A stretch of DNA of 44,269 nt, taken from the IMG/VR virus record IMGVR_UViG_3300029305_001256; one strand, written 5' to 3'. The stretch is from a virus. The translations under genes and the position numbers were made by a program. The notes below the pieces were generated by a model, which worked only from the letters and a program-made list of their open reading frames with translations, had not been told where the DNA came from and did not search any database. This document shows positions 16,854 through 24,635 of the stretch, piece by piece (the stretch's first letter is position 1; each line of letters opens with the position of its first letter).

Positions 16854-17798
16854 ATGATGAAAAGCACAGATTTTATTGCAAAGCTCAAGGATATTGCCAC
16901 CAACTATAAAACCCTCTATGTGATGGGTTGTTTTGGTGCCCCTATGACCAGCAGCAACAAAAAGCGTTATACCAATAACCATACCTATAACAAGCAGGCT
17001 GCCCGCACAAAAATGATTAACGCCGCCTCTGCCGACACTTTCGGCTTTGACTGCGTTTGCCTCATTAAGGGTGTGCTGTGGGGATGGTGTGGCAATGCCA
17101 ATAAAACATACGGCGGTGCAGGTTACGCCATCAACGGGGTGCCGGACATCGGCGCCGACACGATGATCACCAAGTGCTCCGGTGTTTCCACCAATTTTGC
17201 CAACATCGTACCCGGTGAGGCGGTGTGGATGCCCGGCCATATCGGTGTATATATCGGCAACGGCTTGGCCGTTGAATGTACGCCCAAGTGGGAAAACAAG
17301 GTACAGATCACAGCGGTTGGCAATATCGGCAAAAAGACCGGTTACAACACCCGCACCTGGACCAAGCACGGCAAGCTCCCTTATGTGGAGTATGTTGCAG
17401 AACAGCAGCCCGTGCAGCAGCCCGTGCAGCAGCCCGTTGTAACACCCACCGCCTCTGCCTTTAAGGCTGGGGATGAGGTGAAAATCACCGGCAACACCTA
17501 CTATAACGGCGGTACCATACCGAGCTGGGTAAAAGCAAAAAATTGGATCGTTTACTCGGTAAGCGGTGATCGTGTTGTTATCAATAAGAGCGTTGATGGC
17601 AAAAATGCAATTATGAGCCCCGTTAAGGCCTCAAACCTTGCACTTGTTTCCAGCAGCACCACAAAGACCGTTGAGCAACTTGCCCGTGAGGTTATCCAGG
17701 GCAAGTGGGGTAACGGAGCCACCCGTAAAAAGAGGCTCACCGAGGCTGGTTATTCTTACGCCGCCGTGCAGGCGAAAGTGAACGAATTACTCAAATAA
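16854..17798 (+). CDS. Endolysin: NlpC/P60-like cysteine peptidase, SH3-like domain and CW_7-like cell-wall-binding repeat
   Basis: Cys...His pattern (GFDCVCLIKG ... GHIGVYIGNG), a QQPVQQPVQQPV linker, and a C-terminal GKWGNGATRKKRLTEAGYSYAAVQAKVNELL motif. Confidence 0.8.
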   Translation: MMKSTDFIAKLKDIATNYKTLYVMGCFGAPMTSSNKKRYTNNHTYNKQAARTKMINAASADTFGFDCVCLIKGVLWGWCGNANKTYGGAGYAINGVPDIGADTMITKCSGVSTNFANIVPGEAVWMPGHIGVYIGNGLAVECTPKWENKVQITAVGNIGKKTGYNTRTWTKHGKLPYVEYVAEQQPVQQPVQQPVVTPTASAFKAGDEVKITGNTYYNGGTIPSWVKAKNWIVYSVSGDRVVINKSVDGKNAIMSPVKASNLALVSSSTTKTVEQLAREVIQGKWGNGATRKKRLTEAGYSYAAVQAKVNELLK

Positions 17799-17814
17799 AT
17801 AGGAGGATCCTAAA

Positions 17815-18186
17815 ATGGAATTTTTGAAACTTTTTATTTCCGAATACGGCACCACCATTGTGTATGCTATTCTTACTGCTATTGCTGGCTACCTCGGCAT
17901 TGTGGTTAAGCAGTTATACACAAAGTACATCAACGATAAGACCAAGCAGGCCGTGGCCAAAACGGTTGTGCAGGCTGTTGAGCAGATTTACACCGATCTG
18001 CACGGTGAGGAAAAGCTGGACCAAGCCCTTACTGCTGCCTCCGAAATGCTGGCAGAAAAAGGCATCACCATTACTGATCTTGAGCTCCGTATGCTTATTG
18101 AGGCAGCGGTGGCAGAGTTTAACGATGCCTTTAATAAGCCCACGGATGCAGAGGCGCCCGCTGTTTCTAACAAAGAGGCAGAGTAA
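17815..18186 (+). CDS. Holin (LL-H-like)
   Basis: A 123-aa ORF with an N-terminal transmembrane helix (TIVYAILTAIAGYLGIVV) followed by a helical cytoplasmic domain. It lies next to the endolysin. Confidence 0.6.
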   Translation: MEFLKLFISEYGTTIVYAILTAIAGYLGIVVKQLYTKYINDKTKQAVAKTVVQAVEQIYTDLHGEEKLDQALTAASEMLAEKGITITDLELRMLIEAAVAEFNDAFNKPTDAEAPAVSNKEAE

Positions 18187-18205
18187 AATGTTTTTTGTGT
18201 AAAAT

Positions 18206-18224
18206 TGTTAGAAACATTCTAACA
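18206..18224. other. Perfect palindrome TGTTAGAA-ACA-TTCTAACA (candidate attP core or regulator site)
   Basis: 8-bp arms with a 3-bp spacer. The same octamer TTCTAACA recurs in tandem at 18295..18310, with a 7/8 inverted copy near 18241. Confidence 0.45.
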
Positions 18225-18282
18225 TTTTGCAAGGCACAATGTTAGGCGGTTTGTTTTGCGGAAAAACCAAGCATTTACAAGG

Positions 18283-18398
18283 TTTATTGTACTTTTCTAA
18301 CATTCTAACATTTTTTTGTATAGAGTGAAAAATAGGAGGTTTTGAGGGTAATTTTACCGCCTACCCGCCTAATGTGTGCCCGTATGCGTGCGTAAGAA
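18283..18398 (+). repeat. Dispersed ~115-bp non-coding repeat, copy A (partner 34143..34261)
   Basis: Shared blocks are TTTATTG..TTTTCT.AC..T..ACATTTTTTT and ACCGCCTA(A)CCCGCCTAA..G...GTAT(AT)GCGTGCGT..GAGAA/AAGAA. Confidence 0.65.
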
Positions 18399-18441
18399 TA
18401 ACAAGCACTTTCGCCAAAAAGATGCACGATAATAAAATCAA

Positions 18442-18476
18442 ACGGCCCAGGGGTTTTATGCCTCTGGGCCGTTTTT
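18442..18476. terminator. Bidirectional intrinsic terminator at the 3' end of the integrase gene
   Basis: ACGGCCCAGGGG-TTTTATG-CCTCTGGGCCGT (12-bp stem with one G-U), followed by TTTTT on the + strand and by TTGATTTT on the - strand. Confidence 0.7.
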
Positions 18477-18478
18477 CG

Positions 18479-20074
18479 TTATTCTGTTGGTATGGTAATT
18501 GCAAACACATTACGCCACACCACAACCGTAAAATTATTACGGCTGTGGTGTTCGGCTGTGTGCGTTATGGTGGAACATAACGCACGGCAAACGAACTCTG
18601 CACCCTCGGTGCCGAGGCTGTCAACCTCGGCCAAGGTAATGGTGCGATTATCCCCAGAATAGTTAAAGGTAAGCGTTATTTTATCATCATACACAAATAT
18701 GGCATTTATGAAAGTATCAATAAGCCGCTTTTGAAATTCTGGGCTTTTTACATCGCCGTTTCTAAAATCGGTAAGGAAAAAGAGCACATAATCACGGGTG
18801 ATCTGCCAGGACCGTACCAGCTCCAGGTGTGAAAGCTCGGCCTCGATTTCCGCACGCTGTGCATCCAACTCATCCAACCGCTTTTTGGTGGCCTCGTTGA
18901 ATATACCCGCCTCAATGGCTTTTATAATATTGCCGGTGGCTTTTTCCACCTCGGCCAGCTTACGCTTTAAGGCCTCGGCAAGATCGTTATCCTGGTTTTG
19001 TGCTTGGTAGCACTCATATACAGCATCGGCAATGAACTCCAGCAGCGCATCATCCTTGAGCAGATCCATAACGGCGTTTATAACAATGCCCTCGATCCAC
19101 TCCTGCCGCACAGCTTTTTTATGGCAGGTACGCTCCCGGCGTTTTTTGGTGCACACATAATAATTGTGCTTGGCACCGGTTTTGCTGGTACCGCTTTCCC
19201 CGATCATACCGGAGCCACAATGCCCACAGAAAAGTTTATCAGTAAGAATATAATCGGCACGGCTCCAGGTGTGTGCCGGTGCCCTTTTGTTTACTTTTAG
19301 CATTTCCTGCACCTTTGCAAATGTTTCCACATCAATTATGGCCGGCACGCCGCCCTCGATCCTTACATCATCCTTATAAGTATATACACCGATATACTTT
19401 TCATTTTTAAGCATTGAGTGCAGGCTGTTTTTGGTAAATTTACCGCCCCGGAGGGTACGGAGCCCCCGGTTGTTGAGCTCGGTAACAATTTCCGTAACGG
19501 TGCTGCCTTTGGCGTACATATCAAACACCAAGCGGACCGTTGGCGCCGTTTCCGGATCTATTACAAATTTTTTAGTGGCGGGATCCGTTTTGTACCCCAG
19601 AGGCCTGTTGCCCCCGGTGCTTTGGCATTTCTCTGCACTTGCCCGTTGGCCACGCAGGATGTTTTGGGAAAGCTGGAGGCTGTAATATTCAGCCATACCC
19701 TCAAGCACGCTTTCCAAAATAACGCCCTCCGGGCTGTCTGGGATGCTTTCAGCAACATACACCACTTTTACACCGTTCTTTTTACAGCGGTATTTATTGA
19801 AAGCGATCTCCTCACGGTTACGCCCAAAGCGATCTATTTTCCACAATATTATTGTATCAAACTGCTTTTTGGCCGTATCTTTGAGCATTTCCTGGAATTG
19901 CTCACGGTTATCATTGCGGCCCGTCATTGCTCTGTCGCAGTATTCTTTTACGATGGTAAGCCCGTGTGCTGCCGCATATTTGTATGCCTCGGCAAGCTGC
20001 CCCTCAATACTTTGCTCACCTTGCCTGTGGCTGGAGTACCGGGCATAAACCACCGCTATACGCTTTTTGCTCAC
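18479..20074 (-). CDS. Large serine recombinase (integrase)
   Basis: A 531-aa ORF. It has a resolvase-type N-terminus (RIAVVYARYSSHRQGEQSIEGQ), a recombinase domain, a zinc-ribbon (CGHCG...C..C) and a coiled-coil C-terminus. The GTG start overlaps the upstream stop. Confidence 0.9.
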   Translation of the reverse strand: MSKKRIAVVYARYSSHRQGEQSIEGQLAEAYKYAAAHGLTIVKEYCDRAMTGRNDNREQFQEMLKDTAKKQFDTIILWKIDRFGRNREEIAFNKYRCKKNGVKVVYVAESIPDSPEGVILESVLEGMAEYYSLQLSQNILRGQRASAEKCQSTGGNRPLGYKTDPATKKFVIDPETAPTVRLVFDMYAKGSTVTEIVTELNNRGLRTLRGGKFTKNSLHSMLKNEKYIGVYTYKDDVRIEGGVPAIIDVETFAKVQEMLKVNKRAPAHTWSRADYILTDKLFCGHCGSGMIGESGTSKTGAKHNYYVCTKKRRERTCHKKAVRQEWIEGIVINAVMDLLKDDALLEFIADAVYECYQAQNQDNDLAEALKRKLAEVEKATGNIIKAIEAGIFNEATKKRLDELDAQRAEIEAELSHLELVRSWQITRDYVLFFLTDFRNGDVKSPEFQKRLIDTFINAIFVYDDKITLTFNYSGDNRTITLAEVDSLGTEGAEFVCRALCSTITHTAEHHSRNNFTVVVWRNVFAITIPTE

Positions 20075-20562
20075 AGCTCGGTTATTTCCTTTGCTCTGCC
20101 GAGGGTAAGCAGGCCAAAGTTAGACACAAAGGGCATTGCATCCATCGGCGTACCCTTTAAGGCAAAAACAAGGTGCCCCAGGGTGGCATCCTTTTTGTAA
20201 GTTACTACCATATAATTTTTATAGGTGGTTTGTTTTATTTCCTTTTCTTTTGCTCGGCCACCGATGAGGGCACCGGGTACACCGGCAATAATTGCACCAG
20301 CGATGGCGCCGCCGGCACTTGAAACATACTGCTTTGTGATCTGCTCCTCCGTATCTGTTTTGGTTGCAATACTTACCATTTTATCAATAGACAGATTAAA
20401 GGATCCGGAGAGGCTGGATATTGCAAGGCCCGCCTCGGTAAGTGCCAAGGTGCACATTGTGCCGCCGGGAACGGGCAAGCCGCTAAAATGGGCATAGGTA
20501 CCCTGTACGGGCTTAAAATCATCCTTTGTAAGCGGTTTACGCTTTTTCTTAAAACCAAACAT
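20071..20562 (-). CDS. Lysogeny-operon protein of unknown function with a central glycine-zipper segment
   Basis: A 163-aa ORF with a GGAGG RBS. It lies between the repressor and integrase on the same strand and contains GGAIAGAIIAGVPGALIGG. Confidence 0.6.
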   Translation of the reverse strand: MFGFKKKRKPLTKDDFKPVQGTYAHFSGLPVPGGTMCTLALTEAGLAISSLSGSFNLSIDKMVSIATKTDTEEQITKQYVSSAGGAIAGAIIAGVPGALIGGRAKEKEIKQTTYKNYMVVTYKKDATLGHLVFALKGTPMDAMPFVSNFGLLTLGRAKEITEL

Positions 20563-20575
20563 ATATACACCTCCT

Positions 20576-20602
20576 GCCTCGGCTCTGCCGGGGCTTTTTT
20601 TT
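20576..20602 (+). terminator. Plus-strand intrinsic-terminator-like hairpin with T8, inside the leftward operon
   Basis: GCCTCGGC-TCT-GCCGGGGC (one G-U) followed by TTTTTTTT. It is oriented against the flanking minus-strand genes. Confidence 0.4.
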
Positions 20603-21113
20603 ATTTTACAAGCTCGGCAGCGTAAGCAAGCAGCTGTGCCTGCTTTACTATATCCATTTTGTCAAAGAGCTCAAGCAGGGCCTTTTGGTGCTCGGTGAGA
20701 GAGGTACCAACGGTGTTGCCGTTGCCAATGATGTTGCCGTTTCCATTTACGGTGTTAAAGGAGTTTTCTGCAAGGGCATCCTGCATCTGTGCCTTTTCAA
20801 AAGCAAAATACGCATCAATGGCGGCGTGCTCGTTGTAATTGTGTTGCTCAAGCAAATGCTGCCACACGCCCTGGTTAAAAGCAGATGTATCTATGCTTTC
20901 ATAGTCAATAGGCCAATCAATCTCACGCTCCAACTCATCAATGGAAAGCTCAAAATAATCTGCGATCTTTTTAAGCGTGCTGTTGCGGGGCCTCTTTTTG
21001 AGGTTTTTCCAAGTGGTACCTGCGGAGCTTGAAAAACCAAGCTCAATGGTAAGTGCTGTAACTGTGGTGCCTTTGTTCTTACAAAGGGCCTCGATCCTCT
21101 GGTAAAAAGTCAT
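20601..21113 (-). CDS. CI-like repressor (XRE-family HTH)
   Basis: N-terminal HTH (FYQRIEALCKNKGTTVTALTIELGFSSSAGTTW). It is divergent from the early lytic genes and has a GGAGG RBS. Confidence 0.8.
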   Translation of the reverse strand: MTFYQRIEALCKNKGTTVTALTIELGFSSSAGTTWKNLKKRPRNSTLKKIADYFELSIDELEREIDWPIDYESIDTSAFNQGVWQHLLEQHNYNEHAAIDAYFAFEKAQMQDALAENSFNTVNGNGNIIGNGNTVGTSLTEHQKALLELFDKMDIVKQAQLLAYAAELVK

Positions 21114-21159
21114 TGTTTTGCCTCCAAAAAATTTTTTTCAAGAAATTATGCAAAAACAC

Positions 21160-21188
21160 TTGACAACCGAGCAAAACCGAGTTATAAT
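21160..21188 (+). promoter_or_regulatory. Rightward early promoter: TTGACA, 17-nt spacer, TATAAT
   Basis: Consensus -35 at 21160..21165 and -10 at 21183..21188. The spacer contains AACCGAGCAAAA (21165..21176). Confidence 0.7.
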
Positions 21189-21291
21189 GTAGTCAACCAA
21201 TTAAAAGCAAGGCAAAACGAAAAGACCTTTGCGGTTTGGTTAATTTTCGCAACGGTTTAGTGCTCTAATATCAAGTTTGCTGGCAACAAAC

Positions 21292-21320
21292 ATTATAACA
21301 CTAAACCGAGCAAAAGTCAA
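21292..21320 (-). promoter_or_regulatory. Leftward promoter: TTGACT, 17-nt spacer, TATAAT, facing the rightward promoter
   Basis: On the minus strand the -35 is at 21320..21315 and the -10 at 21297..21292. The spacer contains the same 12-mer (plus-strand AACCGAGCAAAA at 21304..21315). Confidence 0.65.
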
Positions 21321-21339
21321 GTAAAAGGAGGTATTTTGT

Positions 21340-21519
21340 TTGGAAAAGTTTTATAGCTGTGAGCAAGTGGCTGACCGCTACGCCGTAAAAATCGAAACTG
21401 TCCGAGAGTGGATCAAGGAAAAAAAGCTCCCGGCTGTAAAGATCGGCAAGCTCTATCGCATCAAAGAATGTGATCTCATTGCCTTTGAGCAGAAAAACCA
21501 GACCATCACAGACGAGTAA
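21340..21519 (+). CDS. Small HTH DNA-binding protein (excisionase/MerR-type fold, in the Cro position)
   Basis: TTG start 8 nt after AAGGAGG. The 59-aa product contains ...YSCEQVADRYAVKIETVREWIKEKKLPAVKIGKLYRIKECDLIAFE... It is not in the ORF track because it is under 60 aa. Confidence 0.65.
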   Translation: MEKFYSCEQVADRYAVKIETVREWIKEKKLPAVKIGKLYRIKECDLIAFEQKNQTITDE

Positions 21520-21532
21520 GGAGGTACGCCCA

Positions 21533-21730
21533 ATGTTGCCCGTACATTTCAACACGGACCAAATGGGGAAAGTAGCAAAGCACTTGCTCGGCTCCGGTCC
21601 GTTGCCGGAATTACAGGCGCATAGCGAAAACCCCGCAAACAAACGCCGCTTTGAGGAGTGGCAGAAAAGGAGGGAGGCAAATGCCGGTAGATCCCAAACC
21701 ATACCAACAGCTTGCTGCACGGAGGCGTAA
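21533..21730 (+). CDS. Small hypothetical early protein
   Basis: AGGAGG lies 7 nt before ATG 21533. The product is 65 aa. Its 3' end overlaps the next gene out of frame. Confidence 0.45.
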   Translation: MLPVHFNTDQMGKVAKHLLGSGPLPELQAHSENPANKRRFEEWQKRREANAGRSQTIPTACCTEA

Positions 21731-22388
21731 GCAACAGCAGGCACTACGCAGAGCCCTCCTGGTGCTCTTAGGCATCGCCCTTTTGATCTTTGGCCTCGGT
21801 GTGCTTTTAGGTTACACCCTGGGAACGGTCCACGCAAAAGCCGTGGCACCCGTACCGGATGAGCTGACCTATAACGCCCAGAGCCCACAGACAAAGTACG
21901 ATGCAACCATTACAAGTATGGACTTTAAGGAAACCGAAAAGCCCGCAGTAATTCCCGCCAACCTTATTGTGAGTGAGGGCAACGCTTTAAGCCCGGAGCT
22001 GCAAAAGATTATGCAGGAAAAATGCGAGGAGTACGGTGTGCCCTACGCCCTGGCACTTGCTTTGGCTGACCAGGAAACCCGCTTTGATCCCGATGCTGTA
22101 AGCGGCACCAATGATTATGGGCTTATGCAAATTAACAGCATCAATTTTGAATGGCTCCGAGAGAGAGGCATTGATCCGCTGACCTATGAGGGAAACATTG
22201 AGGCGGGTGTGCTTATTCTTTCCAAAGCCATTAACCGCTACGGCGATTATGGGCTTGCACTTATGGCTTATAACTGCGGTGATACCGGAGCAAAAAGGCT
22301 GTGGGATGCAGGTACATACAGCACCAAATACTCCAGAGAGGTTTTGGAGCGTTACAACAAATGGGTGCAGATCGTGGAGGGCAAATAA
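21681..22388 (+). CDS. Membrane-anchored lytic transglycosylase (SLT domain)
   Basis: The RBS is GGAGGGAGG. There is an N-terminal transmembrane helix (ALLVLLGIALLIFGLGVLLG) and SLT motifs (ALADQETRFDP, YGLMQIN, AYNCG). Confidence 0.75.
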   Translation: MPVDPKPYQQLAARRRKQQQALRRALLVLLGIALLIFGLGVLLGYTLGTVHAKAVAPVPDELTYNAQSPQTKYDATITSMDFKETEKPAVIPANLIVSEGNALSPELQKIMQEKCEEYGVPYALALALADQETRFDPDAVSGTNDYGLMQINSINFEWLRERGIDPLTYEGNIEAGVLILSKAINRYGDYGLALMAYNCGDTGAKRLWDAGTYSTKYSREVLERYNKWVQIVEGK

Positions 22389-22571
22389 ATGGCCTATTAC
22401 CACACCTGCCCAGAGTGCGGGGCCAATTTGGATCCCTGCGAAAAATGCGATTGTCAAACAATAAAAAACAATATAACCAAGGAGGCTAACGAAAATGTTA
22501 GAAATGAAGATCACCATTGCCGCCCCGGATCTGGCGGCAGCCATCAACAACCTTGCCGTGGCACTTGCTAA
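22389..22571 (+). CDS. Small zinc-ribbon-like protein
   Basis: ATG immediately follows the upstream stop (TAA-ATG). The N-terminus reads MAYYHTCPECGANLDPCEKCDC. The 3' part overlaps the next gene, so the true extent is uncertain. Confidence 0.4.
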   Translation: MAYYHTCPECGANLDPCEKCDCQTIKNNITKEANENVRNEDHHCRPGSGGSHQQPCRGTC

Positions 22572-23013
22572 CGGCAACACCGTACCCGCTGAAAAGCCCG
22601 CAAAGGCTGAAAAGCAGACCGAGGCAAAGGTTGCCGCACAGCAGGCACAGGCACCCGTAAACCCTATGCAGGCAACTGGTGCACCTTTGAGTGCGACACC
22701 TGCCCAGACCGTGGCACCTGTGGCTAATGTTCCCGTTGCACCCGCTGTGGTACAGCAGGCGGCACCCGCCGTGGCACCGGTAGCACAGGCACCTATTGCC
22801 CAGGCTCCCGTTGCATCCGCAGTACCCACCGGAGCACCTACCTACACCCTGGAAATGATTGCAAGAGCCGGCACGGCACTTGTAGATGCTGGCAAGATGG
22901 ATGCACTTTGTGGCCTGCTTGCCAAGTACGGGGTTGAGGCTCTTACTGCATTGGATCCCGCACAGTACGGCAACTTTGCAAACGATTTGAGAGCCCTCGG
23001 CGCACAGATTTAA
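22495..23013 (+). CDS. Ala/Pro/Gln-rich early protein (hypothetical)
   Basis: AAGGAGG RBS. The 172-aa product has a low-complexity centre and a structured C-terminus. Confidence 0.6.
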   Translation: MLEMKITIAAPDLAAAINNLAVALANGNTVPAEKPAKAEKQTEAKVAAQQAQAPVNPMQATGAPLSATPAQTVAPVANVPVAPAVVQQAAPAVAPVAQAPIAQAPVASAVPTGAPTYTLEMIARAGTALVDAGKMDALCGLLAKYGVEALTALDPAQYGNFANDLRALGAQI

Positions 23014-23022
23014 GGGGGGGGG
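23014..23022 (+). repeat. G9 homopolymer, intergenic, acting as the Shine-Dalgarno region of CDS 23030
   Basis: The sequence reads TAA GGGGGGGGG TAAGATT ATG. Confidence 0.9.
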
Positions 23023-23029
23023 TAAGATT

Positions 23030-24235
23030 ATGCCGACACCGGAAAAACACGCTCTGCTGTCTGCATCCTCTGCCTCACGCTGGCTGCGTTGCACAGCCGC
23101 CCCTCGATTTGAGGAGCAATTCCCGGAAAAAACCTCGGAATACGCAGAGGAGGGCCGACTTGCCCACGCTATTTGTGAGCTCAAGGTAATTAAGAAATTT
23201 ACCACACAGCTTACACCCCGTATGTATAGCACCCGCATTAACAAGCTCAAAAAGGATCCGCTGTACACCGATGAAATGGATAAAACATCGGATCTGTATG
23301 TTGAGCACCTTACCGAAAAGGCTATGACCTATAACAGCACGCCCAGCGTTGCCGTTGAGGTGCAGGTTGATTTTGCCGAATATGTACCGGAGGGCTTTGG
23401 TACCTGCGATTGCATTATGATCGGCGGCGATACCCTCAACATTACCGACTATAAGCACGGCAAAGGCGTGCCTGTATCGGCAGAGGGCAACGCACAAATG
23501 AGGCTTTATGCCCTCGGCGCTTTGAAACGCTACGCACCTATTTACGGCAACACCATTAAAAAAGTGTGTATGACCATTGACCAGCCCCGCATCCAGGATG
23601 AGCCCAGCACCGAAACCATAACCGTTGAGGAGCTGCGTGCTTGGGGTGAAAGCATCAAGCCTGCTGCCGCCAAGGCATATATGGGGCTCGGTGAATTTTG
23701 CCCCGGTGAGCATTGCCGTTTTTGCAGAGGCAAGGCACAATGCAAAGCCCGTGCTGCCATTAACACAGCCCTTGAGGAGTTTAAGGACTGCGTACCGCAG
23801 AACGGTGAAAAGCCGCCCCTCTTTGGCCAGGGAGTGCTTACGGATGAGGAGATCGGTGATCTGCTTGTAAGGGGTAAGGAGCTCGTGGCCTGGTATAAGG
23901 ACCTTGAGGAGTACGCACTTAACGCCCTGCTTAACGGCGGTACCATCCCCGGATGGAAAGCGGTAGCAGGCAGGAGCAACCGTACATTTACGGACACGGA
24001 TGCAGCCGTTGCGGCTGTTATCGCTGCCGGGTACGATGAGGCCCTTGTTTATGAGCGTAAGCCCAAAACCCTTACCGAGCTTGAGAAACTTATGGGCAAG
24101 GCTGAATTTGCAGCCAAATTGGGTGCCTATGTGGTTAAGCCTTTGGGCAAGCCCACCCTTGCACCTATGACCGACAAACGAGAGCCTTACAGCCCTGCCG
24201 CCGCCGATTTTGCGGAGGTGGCAAACAATGGATAA
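23030..24235 (+). CDS. PD-(D/E)XK / Cas4-like recombination nuclease (DUF2800-type)
   Basis: A 401-aa ORF with nuclease-core-like DCIMIGGDTLNITDYKHGKG and a C-terminal Cys cluster (FCPGEHCRFCRGKAQC). It is a typical first gene of this replication-module type. Confidence 0.7.
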   Translation: MPTPEKHALLSASSASRWLRCTAAPRFEEQFPEKTSEYAEEGRLAHAICELKVIKKFTTQLTPRMYSTRINKLKKDPLYTDEMDKTSDLYVEHLTEKAMTYNSTPSVAVEVQVDFAEYVPEGFGTCDCIMIGGDTLNITDYKHGKGVPVSAEGNAQMRLYALGALKRYAPIYGNTIKKVCMTIDQPRIQDEPSTETITVEELRAWGESIKPAAAKAYMGLGEFCPGEHCRFCRGKAQCKARAAINTALEEFKDCVPQNGEKPPLFGQGVLTDEEIGDLLVRGKELVAWYKDLEEYALNALLNGGTIPGWKAVAGRSNRTFTDTDAAVAAVIAAGYDEALVYERKPKTLTELEKLMGKAEFAAKLGAYVVKPLGKPTLAPMTDKREPYSPAAADFAEVANNG

Positions 24236-24617
24236 CACACAGCTTACCGTGCTTGTAGAGCGTTGTGTTATGCAGATCAACCCGGATCCGTTTTTCGATA
24301 ACAGCACCCTGGCAAACATCCGTAAATTATTCCGTTATGTTTTCCAGGAGCCGGACCGTAACACGGAAACCATTGCAGCCCTCGGCGGGTACCTGCCCGC
24401 CAAGGTTGCAGAAACAAAAGCAGCTTGGGGCGATGCAAGCGTTGCCTATACCAACGGCTATGTAGATTTAAGTTATAGGCAGTATGGTATGCCAAAAAGT
24501 GTGATAAACAGCACCGTGGCCGCCAACAAAAAGCTGCTTGCCGCTGTAAAGCGTGCAAAAGCCAAGCACGAAAAATATGTAAAAATTTTGGCTGCCTTTG
24601 AGGCCGCCGCAAAATAA
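24228..24617 (+). CDS. Hypothetical early protein
   Basis: ATG 24228 overlaps the upstream stop region. The product is 129 aa. Confidence 0.55.
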   Translation: MDNTQLTVLVERCVMQINPDPFFDNSTLANIRKLFRYVFQEPDRNTETIAALGGYLPAKVAETKAAWGDASVAYTNGYVDLSYRQYGMPKSVINSTVAANKKLLAAVKRAKAKHEKYVKILAAFEAAAK

Positions 24618-24635
24618 CCAAGGAGGCATAAAATT

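Noticed and set aside
18374-18580. A 68-aa plus-strand ORF in the attP-like region running into the integrase 3' end.
   Set aside because: It has no RBS, crosses the bidirectional terminator and overlaps the integrase gene in antisense. It is most likely spurious.
21301-21906. A 201-aa minus-strand ORF spanning the switch region and early genes.
   Set aside because: It overlaps the leftward promoter, the small HTH gene and the SLT gene start. It has no RBS and an Arg/Cys/Pro-rich composition typical of an antisense shadow.
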